Part shown: positions 19,288 to 28,302 of the stretch, piece by piece | Numbering within the stretch: the first letter of the stretch is position 1 | Layout of the letters: each line of letters opens with the position of its first letter | Source of the DNA: an uncultured Gammaproteobacteria bacterium | GTDB lineage: Bacteria > Pseudomonadota > Gammaproteobacteria > Xanthomonadales > Rhodanobacteraceae | DNA length: 64,000 bases | NCBI GenBank assembly: GCA_963822465.1 | Contig: CAWGHP010000010.1 | Span: forward strand, 284,149 to 348,148 | Reading direction: 5' to 3' | Notes under the pieces: generated by a model | Databases searched by the model: none | What the model was told of the DNA's origin: nothing | Seen by the model: only the letters and a program-made list of their open reading frames with translations | Program-made: the position numbers and the translations under genes

Positions 19288-19903
19288 TGCCGCCCCGAGG
19301 AATACCGCCGCTGGCGAACTTTACCAGCAGGCCATCGACACCCTGCGCCAGTTGCTGGCTGAAGCGGCCGCAGTGGACGATCCCGAGCCCACCGCGATGA
19401 ACCTGGCCACGGCCGATGCCGACGGTCGCGTGCATTCGCGCGTCGTCCTGCTCAAGGGCCTCGACGCCGATGGCCTGCGCTTTTTCACCAACTACGAGAG
19501 CGCCAAGGCGACCCAGCTTGCCGCGCATGCGCAGGCTGCACTGACCTTCCACTGGAAGACCCTGCGCGACCAGGTCCAGGTGCGTGTCGAGGGACTGGTC
19601 GAAAAGCTTGGCGCCGCGGATTCGGACGCCTATTTCGCGTCGCGGCCGAGGCTGAGCCAGATCGGCGCCTGGGCCTCGCTGCAATCGCAGGAACTGCCGG
19701 GGCGCGAGGTGTTCGATGCGCGCGTCGCGGAAATCGAGAAGCGCTTCGACGGCATCGACGTGCCGCGGCCGCCGCACTGGGGCGGCTACCTTCTCGTTCC
19801 CGACCTCTTCGAATTCTGGTACGGCGCGAAATTCCGGCTTCACGAGCGCCAGCGCTACCAGTTCACCGACGGCGAATGGCGCAAACGCCAGCTGTATCCC
19901 TGA
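19280..19903 (+). CDS. pdxH: pyridoxamine 5-prime-phosphate oxidase
   Basis: Last 207 codons of ORF 19097..19903, with ATG at 19280. Motifs are RVVLLKGLDADGLRFFTNYESAKA, RDQVQVRVEG, SRPRLSQIGAWAS and FEFWYGAKFRLHER. Confidence 0.9.
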   Translation: MNNAAPRNTAAGELYQQAIDTLRQLLAEAAAVDDPEPTAMNLATADADGRVHSRVVLLKGLDADGLRFFTNYESAKATQLAAHAQAALTFHWKTLRDQVQVRVEGLVEKLGAADSDAYFASRPRLSQIGAWASLQSQELPGREVFDARVAEIEKRFDGIDVPRPPHWGGYLLVPDLFEFWYGAKFRLHERQRYQFTDGEWRKRQLYP

Positions 19904-20706
19904 TGACGAAGGGTGATCCCTTTCCGCAACGCATCGTCTGCCTGACCGAGGAACCGACCGAAGTGCTGTATGCGCTTGGCGAGGAGCGGCGCATCGTCGG
20001 CATTTCCGGATTCACCGTGCGGCCGCCGCGCGCGCGCAAGGAGAAACCGAAGGTCTCCGCATTCACCAGCGCGAAAATCGGCGCGATCCTCGACCTCGAA
20101 CCTGATCTCGTCATCGGCTTTTCCGATATCCAGGCCGACATCGCGCGCGATCTGATCCGCGCCGGCGTCGAGGTATGGATCAGCAACCATCGATCGGTCG
20201 AAGGCATCCTCGGCTACATCCGGCGCCTCGGCGCGATGGTGGGAGCGGCCGAAAAGGCCGATCGGTATGCAGGCGAAGCACAGGCGCATATCGAGCGGAT
20301 CCGGCAAGCGGCCGCTGGCCTGCCGCGCCGGCCGCGGGTCTATTTCGAGGAATGGGACGAACCGCCGATCAGCGGCATCCGCTGGGTCGCCGAACTGATC
20401 CGCATCGCCGGCGGCGACGACGTGTTTCCGGAGCTGGCCGGGAAGTCGCTGGCGCGCGATCGCATCATCGCCGACGCCGGCGAAGTCGTGCGTCGCCAGC
20501 CCGACCTGATTCTCGGCTCCTGGTGCGGCAAGAAGTTCCGTCCGGCCAGCGTCGCCGCGCGCCCGGGCTGGCAGGACATTCCCGCCGTGCGCAACGGGCA
20601 GCTGCACGAGATCAAGTCGCCGATCATCCTGCAGCCCGGCCCGGCCGCCCTGTTCGACGGCCTCGATGAACTGCACCGGCGCATCGCCGCCGTCGCGCAT
20701 CCGTAG
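19903..20706 (+). CDS. cobalamin-binding/BtuF-like periplasmic-binding-fold protein, no obvious signal peptide
   Basis: ORF 19876..20706. The start MTKGDPFPQRIVCLTEEPTE overlaps the pdxH stop by 1 nt. Family-like pattern is RIVGISGFT...PDLVIGFSD...VYFEEWDEP. Confidence 0.65.
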   Translation: MTKGDPFPQRIVCLTEEPTEVLYALGEERRIVGISGFTVRPPRARKEKPKVSAFTSAKIGAILDLEPDLVIGFSDIQADIARDLIRAGVEVWISNHRSVEGILGYIRRLGAMVGAAEKADRYAGEAQAHIERIRQAAAGLPRRPRVYFEEWDEPPISGIRWVAELIRIAGGDDVFPELAGKSLARDRIIADAGEVVRRQPDLILGSWCGKKFRPASVAARPGWQDIPAVRNGQLHEIKSPIILQPGPAALFDGLDELHRRIAAVAHP

Positions 20707-20740
20707 GAGCGCCTTCAGGCGCGATGCTTCTTGCGTTTTT

Positions 20741-20816
20741 TTGTAGGAGAGGCATTTATGCCCGATGCTCTCCGTCACGTGACGAACGGCATCGGGCATA
20801 AATGCCTCTCCTACAA
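20741..20816. repeat. perfect 27-bp inverted repeat (REP-like hairpin)
   Basis: Arm ttgtaggagaggcatttatgcccgatg (20741-20767) is the exact reverse complement of 20790-20816. The 22-nt loop contains cgtcacgtgacg. A related motif gtaggagcgccttcaggcgcgatg lies at 20703-20726. Confidence 0.9.
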
Positions 20817-21036
20817 GAGCTGTCGAACTACGGCGCGGGAGTCGATGGCATTGCCCGCGTTGCCGCTTCGTTGTTGGGCATAAATGCCTCTCCTACAAGA
20901 GCTGTCGAACTACGGCGCGGGAGTCGATGGCATTGCCCGCGTTGCCGCTTCGTTGTTGGGCATGAATGCCTCTCCTACAAAAGTTGTCGAACTGCGGCGC
21001 GGGATTCGTGGGAATTGCCCGCGTTGCCGCTCAAGC
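20794..21036. repeat. 82-bp tandem repeat, about 3 copies
   Basis: The unit gggcataaatgcctctcctacaagagctgtcgaactacggcgcgggagtcgatggcattgcccgcgttgccgcttcgttgtt starts at 20794, 20876 and 20958 (third copy diverged). It lies between convergent genes. Confidence 0.9.
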
Positions 21037-21043
21037 CCCGCCT

Positions 21044-21493
21044 CTACTCGCCAACGAAGTCCTGGCTGAAGCGCAATTCGTAGGCCTGCCCGGAACCGGC
21101 CGGCTTGATCGACAACGCAAAGGTGTAGGTGTCCGGCGCGACGACCTTGAACAGGCCGACGTAGGAAACGTAGAGGTCGGGGATCTCGCGGATCGTGATC
21201 GGGGATTTCTGCCCGGTCAGGTTGGTCGCCTCGCCGCTGATTTCCGCGGCGACCGGCGTCGCGGTGCCATCGCTGGCCACCTTCTGCACCGAGATGTTGA
21301 GCATGCCTCGCTGCGGTGAGCGTTCGATCGAGTACTGGCGCGCCATGTCCGGGCTGAGGACCTGGGTCGACAGCGCGTTGTAGTGGATCAGGTAGTCGCC
21401 GAATTTGTCGGTGCCGTCCGACGGATTGGCCTGGGCCGTCGCGACCGGGGCGAACAGGGCGAAGAAGAGCAGGGCATGTAGGGAAGGGCTCAT
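21044..21493 (-). CDS. DUF4426-like exported protein
   Basis: ORF 21044..21556. Likely start is MSPSLHALLFFALFAPVATAQA (signal peptide). It sits downstream of yggT, as in other gammaproteobacteria. Confidence 0.65.
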   Translation of the reverse strand: MSPSLHALLFFALFAPVATAQANPSDGTDKFGDYLIHYNALSTQVLSPDMARQYSIERSPQRGMLNISVQKVASDGTATPVAAEISGEATNLTGQKSPITIREIPDLYVSYVGLFKVVAPDTYTFALSIKPAGSGQAYELRFSQDFVGE

Positions 21494-21611
21494 GGGGGTT
21501 CCTCGAATACGGCGGGTTGCTGCGATGTCGGGTGGGGCGGGTGCGGATTCCGTCAATGCGCCGGCCTGCTTTCCTGATCCCGGTTGGACGCCTTGCCGCG
21601 GCCGCAGTTCC

Positions 21612-22181
21612 TCAACCGATGCGCAGGCCCAGGTCGAACAGTGGCGCGACCAGCAGGGCCTGCATGAGCGAGATGGCGAGCAGGACGATCACCGGCGAGA
21701 AATCGAGCCCGCCCAGCGCCGGCATGCGCGTGCGCACCGGCTTGAGCACCGGTTCGGTCAGCTGGAAGACCAGCGGCACGACCGGATGGTAGCTGTCGCT
21801 GCCGACGAAACTCAGGATCACGCGCACGATGACCAGGATCAGCATCATCATCAGCACGAATCCGACCAGGTCGGCCAGGGCAATCACGGCCAGGCCGGCG
21901 AACGAGGGCACTGCGCCGAACATGGCGAAGACGAGCACCCGCTTGACCAGCAGCAAGAGCCAGGCGAGCAGGACGCCGGCAAGGTCGAGGCGCCGCCAGG
22001 ACGGGATGAATCGGCGCAGCGGCATCAGGATCGGGTTGCTCGCCTTGTACAGGAACTGGCAGATCGGATTGTGGAAATTCGCGCGCACCAGCTGCAGCAG
22101 CACGCGCAGCACGATCAGCCCGACCAGGATGCCGAACGCGAATTCGATCAGGATCTGGCCGGCATTGGCGAAGTAGTTCAT
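21612..22181 (-). CDS. yggT: YggT family membrane protein
   Basis: 189 aa, four hydrophobic segments, and NPICQFLYKASNPILMPLRRFIP typical of YggT. Confidence 0.85.
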   Translation of the reverse strand: MNYFANAGQILIEFAFGILVGLIVLRVLLQLVRANFHNPICQFLYKASNPILMPLRRFIPSWRRLDLAGVLLAWLLLLVKRVLVFAMFGAVPSFAGLAVIALADLVGFVLMMMLILVIVRVILSFVGSDSYHPVVPLVFQLTEPVLKPVRTRMPALGGLDFSPVIVLLAISLMQALLVAPLFDLGLRIG

Positions 22182-22192
22182 CGCATCGTTCC

Positions 22193-23041
22193 TCAGCCCA
22201 GTTCGGCGGACATTTCGCGACCGCGCTCGGTGGCGGCGCGCACGGCGGCGGCCACCAGTTCGCGCAGGCCGCCATCGGCGAACGCCTGCAGCGCGGCATG
22301 CGTGGTTCCACCCGGCGATGTCACGCGTTCGCGCAGGCGTGCCGGTGCCTCGGCGTCCTCGCTGGCCAGCCGCGCGGCGCCGAGGCAGGTCTGGATGGCC
22401 AGCGCACGCGCCGTTTCGCGCGGCAGTCCCTGGGCGACGGCGGCATCCTCGAGCGCCTCGATCATCAGCAGGAAGTAGGCCGGGCCCGAGCCGGACAGCC
22501 CGGTGACCGTATCCATCAGCGCTTCCTTTTCGATCCAGACGGTCAGACCGGAGCCGGAAAGGACCGCCTCGGCCTGCGCACGCTGTGCTGCGCTGACGCC
22601 GGGATTGGCGAACATGCCGGTGGCGCCGGCACCGATCAGGGCCGGCGTGTTCGGCATGCAGCGCACGATCGGGTAGCCGCCACCGAGCCAGCCGTCGATC
22701 TGCGCGATGCGCAATCCGGCCGCAACCGAGATGACCAGCGGATGGCGTGCGCCGAGTATGGGGGCAAGTTCCTCGCAGACGCCGCGCATGACCTGCGGCT
22801 TGACCGACAGCATGACGATGTCGGCGCCCTTCGCCGCTTCCGCGCCGTTGTCGAAAACGGCGACGCCAAAATCCGCCGCCAGCTGCTTGCGCAGGGCCTC
22901 GTTGGGCTCGGCCACGTGGATCGCCGCGGCTTCGGCGCCGCCGCGCAGCAGCGCCGCGATCAGGCTGCGCGCCATGTTGCCGCCGCCAACAAAGGCTACA
23001 ACGCTGGAGCCAATGGATCGGTTATCGAAGTCAGAAGACAT
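22193..23041 (-). CDS. proC: pyrroline-5-carboxylate reductase
   Basis: ORF 22193..23083, with start MSSDF at 23041. Motifs are VAFVGGGNMARSLI, SVKPQVM, RCMPNTPALIG and VTSPGGTT. Confidence 0.9.
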   Translation of the reverse strand: MSSDFDNRSIGSSVVAFVGGGNMARSLIAALLRGGAEAAAIHVAEPNEALRKQLAADFGVAVFDNGAEAAKGADIVMLSVKPQVMRGVCEELAPILGARHPLVISVAAGLRIAQIDGWLGGGYPIVRCMPNTPALIGAGATGMFANPGVSAAQRAQAEAVLSGSGLTVWIEKEALMDTVTGLSGSGPAYFLLMIEALEDAAVAQGLPRETARALAIQTCLGAARLASEDAEAPARLRERVTSPGGTTHAALQAFADGGLRELVAAAVRAATERGREMSAELG

Positions 23042-23132
23042 CACTAGGCTCTTTGCTGCAGAACGGGTCAACCAGCATACCAAGGCTGCCGGCAGGGCGA
23101 AGCATGAGGTCGGGGTGTCTCATGGCCCTTTC

Positions 23133-23160
23133 GAATCCCGAATCCCGAATGCCGAATCCC
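23133..23160. repeat. tandem heptamers gaatccc x4
   Basis: Sequence gaatccc gaatccc gaatgcc gaatccc lies in the yggS-proC spacer. The same heptamer family recurs at 41443-41616. Confidence 0.8.
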
Positions 23161-23167
23161 GGCGGCG

Positions 23168-23854
23168 TCAGCCGCCCCGTGCCCCAAACAACAGACTCCC
23201 CACCCGCACCATCGTCGCACCTTCGCGGATGGCCAGCTCGAAATCGTCCGACATGCCCATCGACAGGGTGTCGACGGCCGGGTGCGATTCGCGCAGGGTT
23301 TCGAAGCAGCCGCGCATGCGCGCGAAGGCGTGGCGCCGTGCATCGAGGTCGGGTGCGGGCGCCGGGATCGCCATCAGGCCGCGCAGTCGCAGGCGCGGCT
23401 CCCGGGCGATCGCATCGGCGAGCGGCCCGATCGCGTCCGGCTGGCAGCCCGCCTTGCTGGCTTCGTCATCGATGTTCACCTGGACCAGCAGGTTGAGCGG
23501 CGCCATGCCGTCGGGCCGTTGGCGGGCCAGCAGGCCGATCAGCTTGGGCCTATCCACGGTCTGCAGCCAGTCGAAGTGCGCGGCCACCTCGCGACACTTG
23601 TTCGACTGCAGCGGGCCGATCAGGTGCCATTCGATGGCGCAGCCGGCCAGTTCGGCCTGCTTGGCCAGGGCTTCCTGCACGTAGTTCTCGCCGAAGGCGC
23701 GCTGGCCCAGCGCCGCGAGCGCGCGAATCGACCCGGCCGGCTTGGTCTTGCTCACCGCCAGCACCTGCACCGGGCGCCCCTGCGCCGCCGCTTCCGCGCG
23801 CTGCGTCACGGAACGCCAGGCCACTTCGAGCAATTTCAGGTCTTGTTCTTGCAT
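23168..23854 (-). CDS. yggS: YggS-family PLP homeostasis protein
   Basis: 228 aa with LAVSKTKP (PLP lysine), FGENYVQE, WHLIGPLQSNK and SMGMSDDFELAI. Confidence 0.9.
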   Translation of the reverse strand: MQEQDLKLLEVAWRSVTQRAEAAAQGRPVQVLAVSKTKPAGSIRALAALGQRAFGENYVQEALAKQAELAGCAIEWHLIGPLQSNKCREVAAHFDWLQTVDRPKLIGLLARQRPDGMAPLNLLVQVNIDDEASKAGCQPDAIGPLADAIAREPRLRLRGLMAIPAPAPDLDARRHAFARMRGCFETLRESHPAVDTLSMGMSDDFELAIREGATMVRVGSLLFGARGG

Positions 23855-23927
23855 CGCATTGATTTTGCCACGCTATACTCGCGTTTACCGCAGCCATGCG
23901 CCCGTCGGCGCCTTCAGGGGAGTTCTC

Positions 23928-24965
23928 ATGGATATTGCCGAGCTGCTCGCGTTTTCGGTCAAGAACAAGGCCTCCGACCTGCATCTGTCGGCCGGGCTGC
24001 CACCGATGATCCGGGTCGACGGCGACGTGCGCCGCATCAACATCCCCTCGCTCGACCACAAGCAGATCCATTCGCTGATCTACGACATCATGTCGGACAA
24101 GCAGCGCCGTGACTACGAGGAATTCCTCGAAGTCGACTTCTCCTTCGAGATTCCGGGACTGGCGCGCTTCCGCGTCAACGCCTTCAACCAGAACCGCGGC
24201 TCGGGCGCGGTGTTCCGGACGATTCCCTCCGAAGTGCTTTCGCTGGAGGATCTGGGCTGTCCGAAGATCTTCCGCGAGCTGATCGAGCAGCCGCAGGGAC
24301 TGATCCTCGTCACCGGCCCGACCGGCTCCGGCAAGTCGACCACGCTGGCGGCGATGATCGACCACGTCAACAAGCACGAATACGCCCACATCCTCAGCGT
24401 CGAGGATCCGATCGAGTTCGTGCACACCTCGCAGAAGTGCCTGATCAACCAGCGCGAGGTGCATCGCGATACGCATGGATTCACCGAGGCGCTGCGCTCG
24501 GCCCTGCGCGAAGATCCCGACTACATCCTGGTCGGCGAGTTGCGCGACCTTGAAACGATTCGCCTCGCGCTGACCGCCGCGGAGACCGGCCACCTGGTGT
24601 TCGCCACCCTGCACACGAGCTCGGCCGCGAAGACGATCGACCGCATCATCGACGTGTTCCCGGCCGGCGAGAAGCCGATGGTGCGCTCGATGCTTTCCGA
24701 ATCCCTGCGCGCGGTGATCTCGCAGTCGCTGCTGAAGAAAGTCGGCGGTGGCCGAATCGCCGCGCACGAAATCATGGTCGGCATCCCGGCGATCCGCAAC
24801 CTGATCCGCGAAGACAAGGTCGCGCAGATGTATTCGTCGATCCAGACCGGCGCCCAGCACGGCATGCAGACCCTCGACCAGTGCCTGCAGGACCTGGTCA
24901 AGCGTGGCCTCGTCACCCGCCAGGCCGCGATGAACTACGCGAAGAACAAGGAAATCTTCAAGTAG
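23928..24965 (+). CDS. pilT: type IV pilus twitching-motility ATPase PilT
   Basis: Last 345 codons of ORF 23742..24965. Sequence is MDIAELLAFSVKNKASDLHLSAGLPPMIRVDG. Walker A is GPTGSGKST; also present are ILVGELRD, TGHLVFATLHT and AHEIM. Confidence 0.93.
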   Translation: MDIAELLAFSVKNKASDLHLSAGLPPMIRVDGDVRRINIPSLDHKQIHSLIYDIMSDKQRRDYEEFLEVDFSFEIPGLARFRVNAFNQNRGSGAVFRTIPSEVLSLEDLGCPKIFRELIEQPQGLILVTGPTGSGKSTTLAAMIDHVNKHEYAHILSVEDPIEFVHTSQKCLINQREVHRDTHGFTEALRSALREDPDYILVGELRDLETIRLALTAAETGHLVFATLHTSSAAKTIDRIIDVFPAGEKPMVRSMLSESLRAVISQSLLKKVGGGRIAAHEIMVGIPAIRNLIREDKVAQMYSSIQTGAQHGMQTLDQCLQDLVKRGLVTRQAAMNYAKNKEIFK

Positions 24966-25276
24966 CGATTCAATCACCCGGGCCGGGCCGGAAGGCCGGC
25001 ACGGGACCGCGCGCCATTCCGGTCCGCGCCGATTTGCACTTCTTGCGGTTGCCTCCGGTCTGCGGCGCCAGGGCGCACGGGCGGTTCGCCCGGCCAGCGC
25101 CATCTGCAGCACGCGACGCCATTCATGTTTCGCCGGTTTCGTGACGGTTCGCGCAATTCCCCCGCATTCCCGCGCTCTCATCCTGCAGGCTTCGTTGCAC
25201 TCCGCCTGAAGGCGGATTAAGGTTGAGGTTCGAGTCCCCGCACAGGGGGCGAATGCCACCTGATTGGGGAAACACC

Positions 25277-28060
25277 ATGCGATTGACGAGGATTCTTTGG
25301 CCGCTGGCCTTTGGCGTCGTGCTGGCCGGCGCCAGCGTGCAGGCGTTCGCCGCGAATGCCGACAAGGATGCAACGGTCGAGCAGATCGACAACGCCACGA
25401 TCGTGCAGGCGCAGGGCGTCGACCAGCGTGTCGATTACGCCAGCCTGCGCCGCTTCGGCCCGTGGGACGATCGCAACTACCAGCTGACCCTGGCCGACGT
25501 CGGCCTGCTGCCTGCGGATGACGAGTACCGTTATGGCGTGCCCGCGTTCTTCAAGATCCTCAAGCGCAAGGAAACCGCGGCCGAGGGCTATCCGATCGAG
25601 GAGCACTATCCGCGCGAGATCGACAAGGAGTTCGAGATCCGCTTCGGTGGCCTGCTCCAGGACGGCGTGCTGCACCGGCGCGGCCTCGGCATCTACTCGC
25701 ACCCCGATCCGGCCAATCCGCCGCAACCGCTGATCTACGCCACCGATCCGCTGCCGCATGCCGTGCCGGTCAACGGCGAAACGCCGATGGCCATCGGCGA
25801 CAACGAAACCTCGATCAAGTACAACCCGGTCGATCCGCAGATCGTCATCGCCGGATCCAATGGCCCGGGCGGCCAGGTGCAGAACTACTCGACCGATGGC
25901 GGCGTGACCTGGTCCAGCGCCGGCGTCCTGCCGAGCACCTGCTGCGATCCGGCCATGGAATGGTCGGCCGACGGCACGGTGGCCTATGCCGCGACGCTGC
26001 CTTCGTCGGGCGGCTTGCGCGCCGGCCTGTTCCGCTCCACCAACAATGGCCAGACCTGGGGCCCGGTGATCATCGTTTCCACCGGCAGCTCGGACAAGGA
26101 ATGGATCCACGTCGACAAGTCGCCGAGTTCGCCGTACCTGGAGAATGTCTACCTGACCTGGCACCAGTCCAACGTGATGTTCTTCTCGCGCTCGGTCGAC
26201 AAGGGCCTGACCTGGTCGACGCCGATCTCGTTCCCGAGCGCGGCGCGCGGCATCGGCAGCGACATCACCACCGACAGCGCCGGCAACATCTACTACATCT
26301 GGCCGAGCAGTTCATCGACCACGGCGAACATCTACATGGTCAAGTCGACCGACGGCGGAGCGACCTTCGGCGCGCCGGTAGCGGTGCAGCCGCTGTTCGA
26401 CACCTTTGATTTCCCGATTCCGTCGATGGAGACACGGCGCGCGTTCATCTACATCGCCGCCGACACCGATCGTTCCGGCGGCCCGTTCAATGGGCGTGTC
26501 TATGCCGCCTATACCGCGCTGCATCCGAGCAGCGGAAACACCACGGCGACCAACCACGCCTGGATCCAGGTTGCCTATTCGGATGATGGCGGTGCGACCT
26601 GGGCGCTGACCACGACGCCGCATTCGGAGGCCGACATCGCGACCGTCGACCGCTACCACCCGTGGCTCGAAGTCGACCAGGGCGGTGCCGTGCATATCGG
26701 CTTCTACGACACGCGCAATTCGCCCAACCGCACCGGTGTGGATTTCTACTACAACTATTCGGTCGATGGCGGCGCCACCTGGCTCGACGAGACGCGCGTT
26801 TCCGCGGCCACGTCGGTGAACATCACCAATGGCCAGGAATGGGGCGATTACAACGGCATCACGGCCGGCCCGGTCGAGGCGGCGATGAGCTGGACCGACA
26901 ATCGCCCGGGTGGCGGCGGCACGCCGGTGCAGAAATCCTACGTCGGACGCGTGCAGAACCTCGCCGCGGGCCCGACTTACACGATGGGCAGCGCAGATCC
27001 GGCCAGCGTCGCCGTCTGCGCCGGCGACCCGGTGCCGCCGCGCACAATCACCCTTCAGGGCTTTTCGGGCTACACCGGTTCAGCCACCATCTCCTTCCCC
27101 GGTCTCAATGCGGCGGTGTTCCCGAGCGCCACCGCGACACCAAATCCAGTCACTGTCGGCCCCAGTCCGGCGAATTCGACGATCAACCTGACCACGTCGG
27201 GCGCCGCGTCGACCGGCAACTACCCGGTCAACGTGCAGGCCAGCGATGGCGGCGCGCCGGCGATCGTTCGCCAGGTCGGCTTCACGGTCAACCTCGCCGC
27301 CGGCGTGCCGGCCGCGTCGACCCTGATGATGCCGCCCGACAATGCCACCGACATCGGCCTGACCCCGACCTTCACCTGGTCCGCCGTTGCCGGCGCCGTG
27401 GACTACACGGTCGAGATCGCCACCGACGCGGGCTTCGCCAGCATCGTCGCCAGTGGCACTGTTGCAGGCACCAGCTTCACCCCGGCCTCGACCCTCGATC
27501 CCGAGACGCCCTATTTCTGGCGCGTGCGTGCCAGCAATGCCTGTGGCGACGGCAGCTACTCGGCGACTTCGAGGTTCACGACCGGTTTGCTGATCTGCTT
27601 CACGGGACCGGTGGCGATTCCCGACAACAACACGACCGGCGCGACCGGAACCCTCGCCGTTTCCGCCGGCGGCACGCTCGCCGACCTGAATCTCGACGTG
27701 GTGATCAACCATACCTATCCCGGCGATCTCGAGTTGCAGCTCAGCAACGGCACGACGTCGGTGACCCTGGCGACCCGCCTCGGCGGCAGCGGTTGCGGCA
27801 CCGACAATGTCGATGTCACCTTCGACGACGAAGCGGCCGGGCCGGTGGTCTGCGGCTCGACGCCGCCCGGCATCAGCGGCATCCGCCAGCCGGCCAATCC
27901 GCTCAGCGTGTTCGACGGGTCGCCGCTGTCGGCTTCGTGGTCGCTCAAGGCGATCGATCGCGCCAACATTGATACGGGCACGATCGAGTCGTTCTGCCTG
28001 GTGCCGACCCTGTTGCCCGACCTGATCTACGCCGACGGCTTCGATCCGCCGCCTCCGTAG
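25277..28060 (+). CDS. secreted BNR/Asp-box (sialidase-fold) repeat protein with FN3-like and proprotein-convertase P-domain-like modules
   Basis: ORF 25223..28060. Signal is MRLTRILWPLAFGVVLAGASVQAFA. Asp-boxes are YSTDGGVTWS, RSTNNGQTWG, SVDKGLTWS, KSTDGGATFG, YSDDGGATWA and YSVDGGATWL. The P-domain-like part is HTYPGDLELQLSNGTTSVTL...WSLKAIDRANIDTGTIESFCL. The protein ends LIYADGFDPPPP. Confidence 0.85.
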   Translation: MRLTRILWPLAFGVVLAGASVQAFAANADKDATVEQIDNATIVQAQGVDQRVDYASLRRFGPWDDRNYQLTLADVGLLPADDEYRYGVPAFFKILKRKETAAEGYPIEEHYPREIDKEFEIRFGGLLQDGVLHRRGLGIYSHPDPANPPQPLIYATDPLPHAVPVNGETPMAIGDNETSIKYNPVDPQIVIAGSNGPGGQVQNYSTDGGVTWSSAGVLPSTCCDPAMEWSADGTVAYAATLPSSGGLRAGLFRSTNNGQTWGPVIIVSTGSSDKEWIHVDKSPSSPYLENVYLTWHQSNVMFFSRSVDKGLTWSTPISFPSAARGIGSDITTDSAGNIYYIWPSSSSTTANIYMVKSTDGGATFGAPVAVQPLFDTFDFPIPSMETRRAFIYIAADTDRSGGPFNGRVYAAYTALHPSSGNTTATNHAWIQVAYSDDGGATWALTTTPHSEADIATVDRYHPWLEVDQGGAVHIGFYDTRNSPNRTGVDFYYNYSVDGGATWLDETRVSAATSVNITNGQEWGDYNGITAGPVEAAMSWTDNRPGGGGTPVQKSYVGRVQNLAAGPTYTMGSADPASVAVCAGDPVPPRTITLQGFSGYTGSATISFPGLNAAVFPSATATPNPVTVGPSPANSTINLTTSGAASTGNYPVNVQASDGGAPAIVRQVGFTVNLAAGVPAASTLMMPPDNATDIGLTPTFTWSAVAGAVDYTVEIATDAGFASIVASGTVAGTSFTPASTLDPETPYFWRVRASNACGDGSYSATSRFTTGLLICFTGPVAIPDNNTTGATGTLAVSAGGTLADLNLDVVINHTYPGDLELQLSNGTTSVTLATRLGGSGCGTDNVDVTFDDEAAGPVVCGSTPPGISGIRQPANPLSVFDGSPLSASWSLKAIDRANIDTGTIESFCLVPTLLPDLIYADGFDPPPP

Positions 28061-28084
28061 TCCATCGCGTCCGCAGTCAATCGA

Positions 28085-28114
28085 CCGCGCCCCAGCAGGG
28101 GCGCGGTTTTTTTT
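28085..28114 (+). terminator. rho-independent terminator
   Basis: Stem-loop ccgcgcccc-agca-ggggcgcgg followed by tttttttt. Confidence 0.85.
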
Positions 28115-28302
28115 GGCCGGGCCCTCTTCACCGACGGGCAATCGGCGCGCGTCGGGGCGCGGGCGGCGCAGGCGCCGGAAGGCGATCCATCGGTCTCCGG
28201 ATGGATGTAAAACACGCCCCGCCTGAACTACCATCGCGCCCCGGATCAACAGCTGGTCCGCCCGCCGACGGATCGTCGGCTTCCGGGATTGGGGAAAAAT
28301 CG

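Noticed and set aside
20794-21036. Possible CRISPR array (the same question applies to 43911-44432).
   Set aside because: The units are directly adjacent with no unique spacers. The unit lengths (82 and 222 bp) are wrong for repeat-spacer periodicity, and no cas genes are present.
20802-21319. Three ORFs beginning MPLLQ(E/K)LSN(Y/C)GAG... that look like a paralogous peptide family.
   Set aside because: They are generated by the 82-bp tandem repeat. The period is not a multiple of 3, so the frames drift. There are no RBSs, and they lie between convergent genes.
25195-25255. A tRNA-like T-loop string ggttcgagtcc upstream of the first secreted-protein gene, considered as a possible tRNA or att-site remnant.
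   Set aside because: No acceptor-stem complement, no anticodon arm of the right geometry and no CCA context could be built. The T-stem would contain a mismatch. It is treated as chance plus local hairpins.
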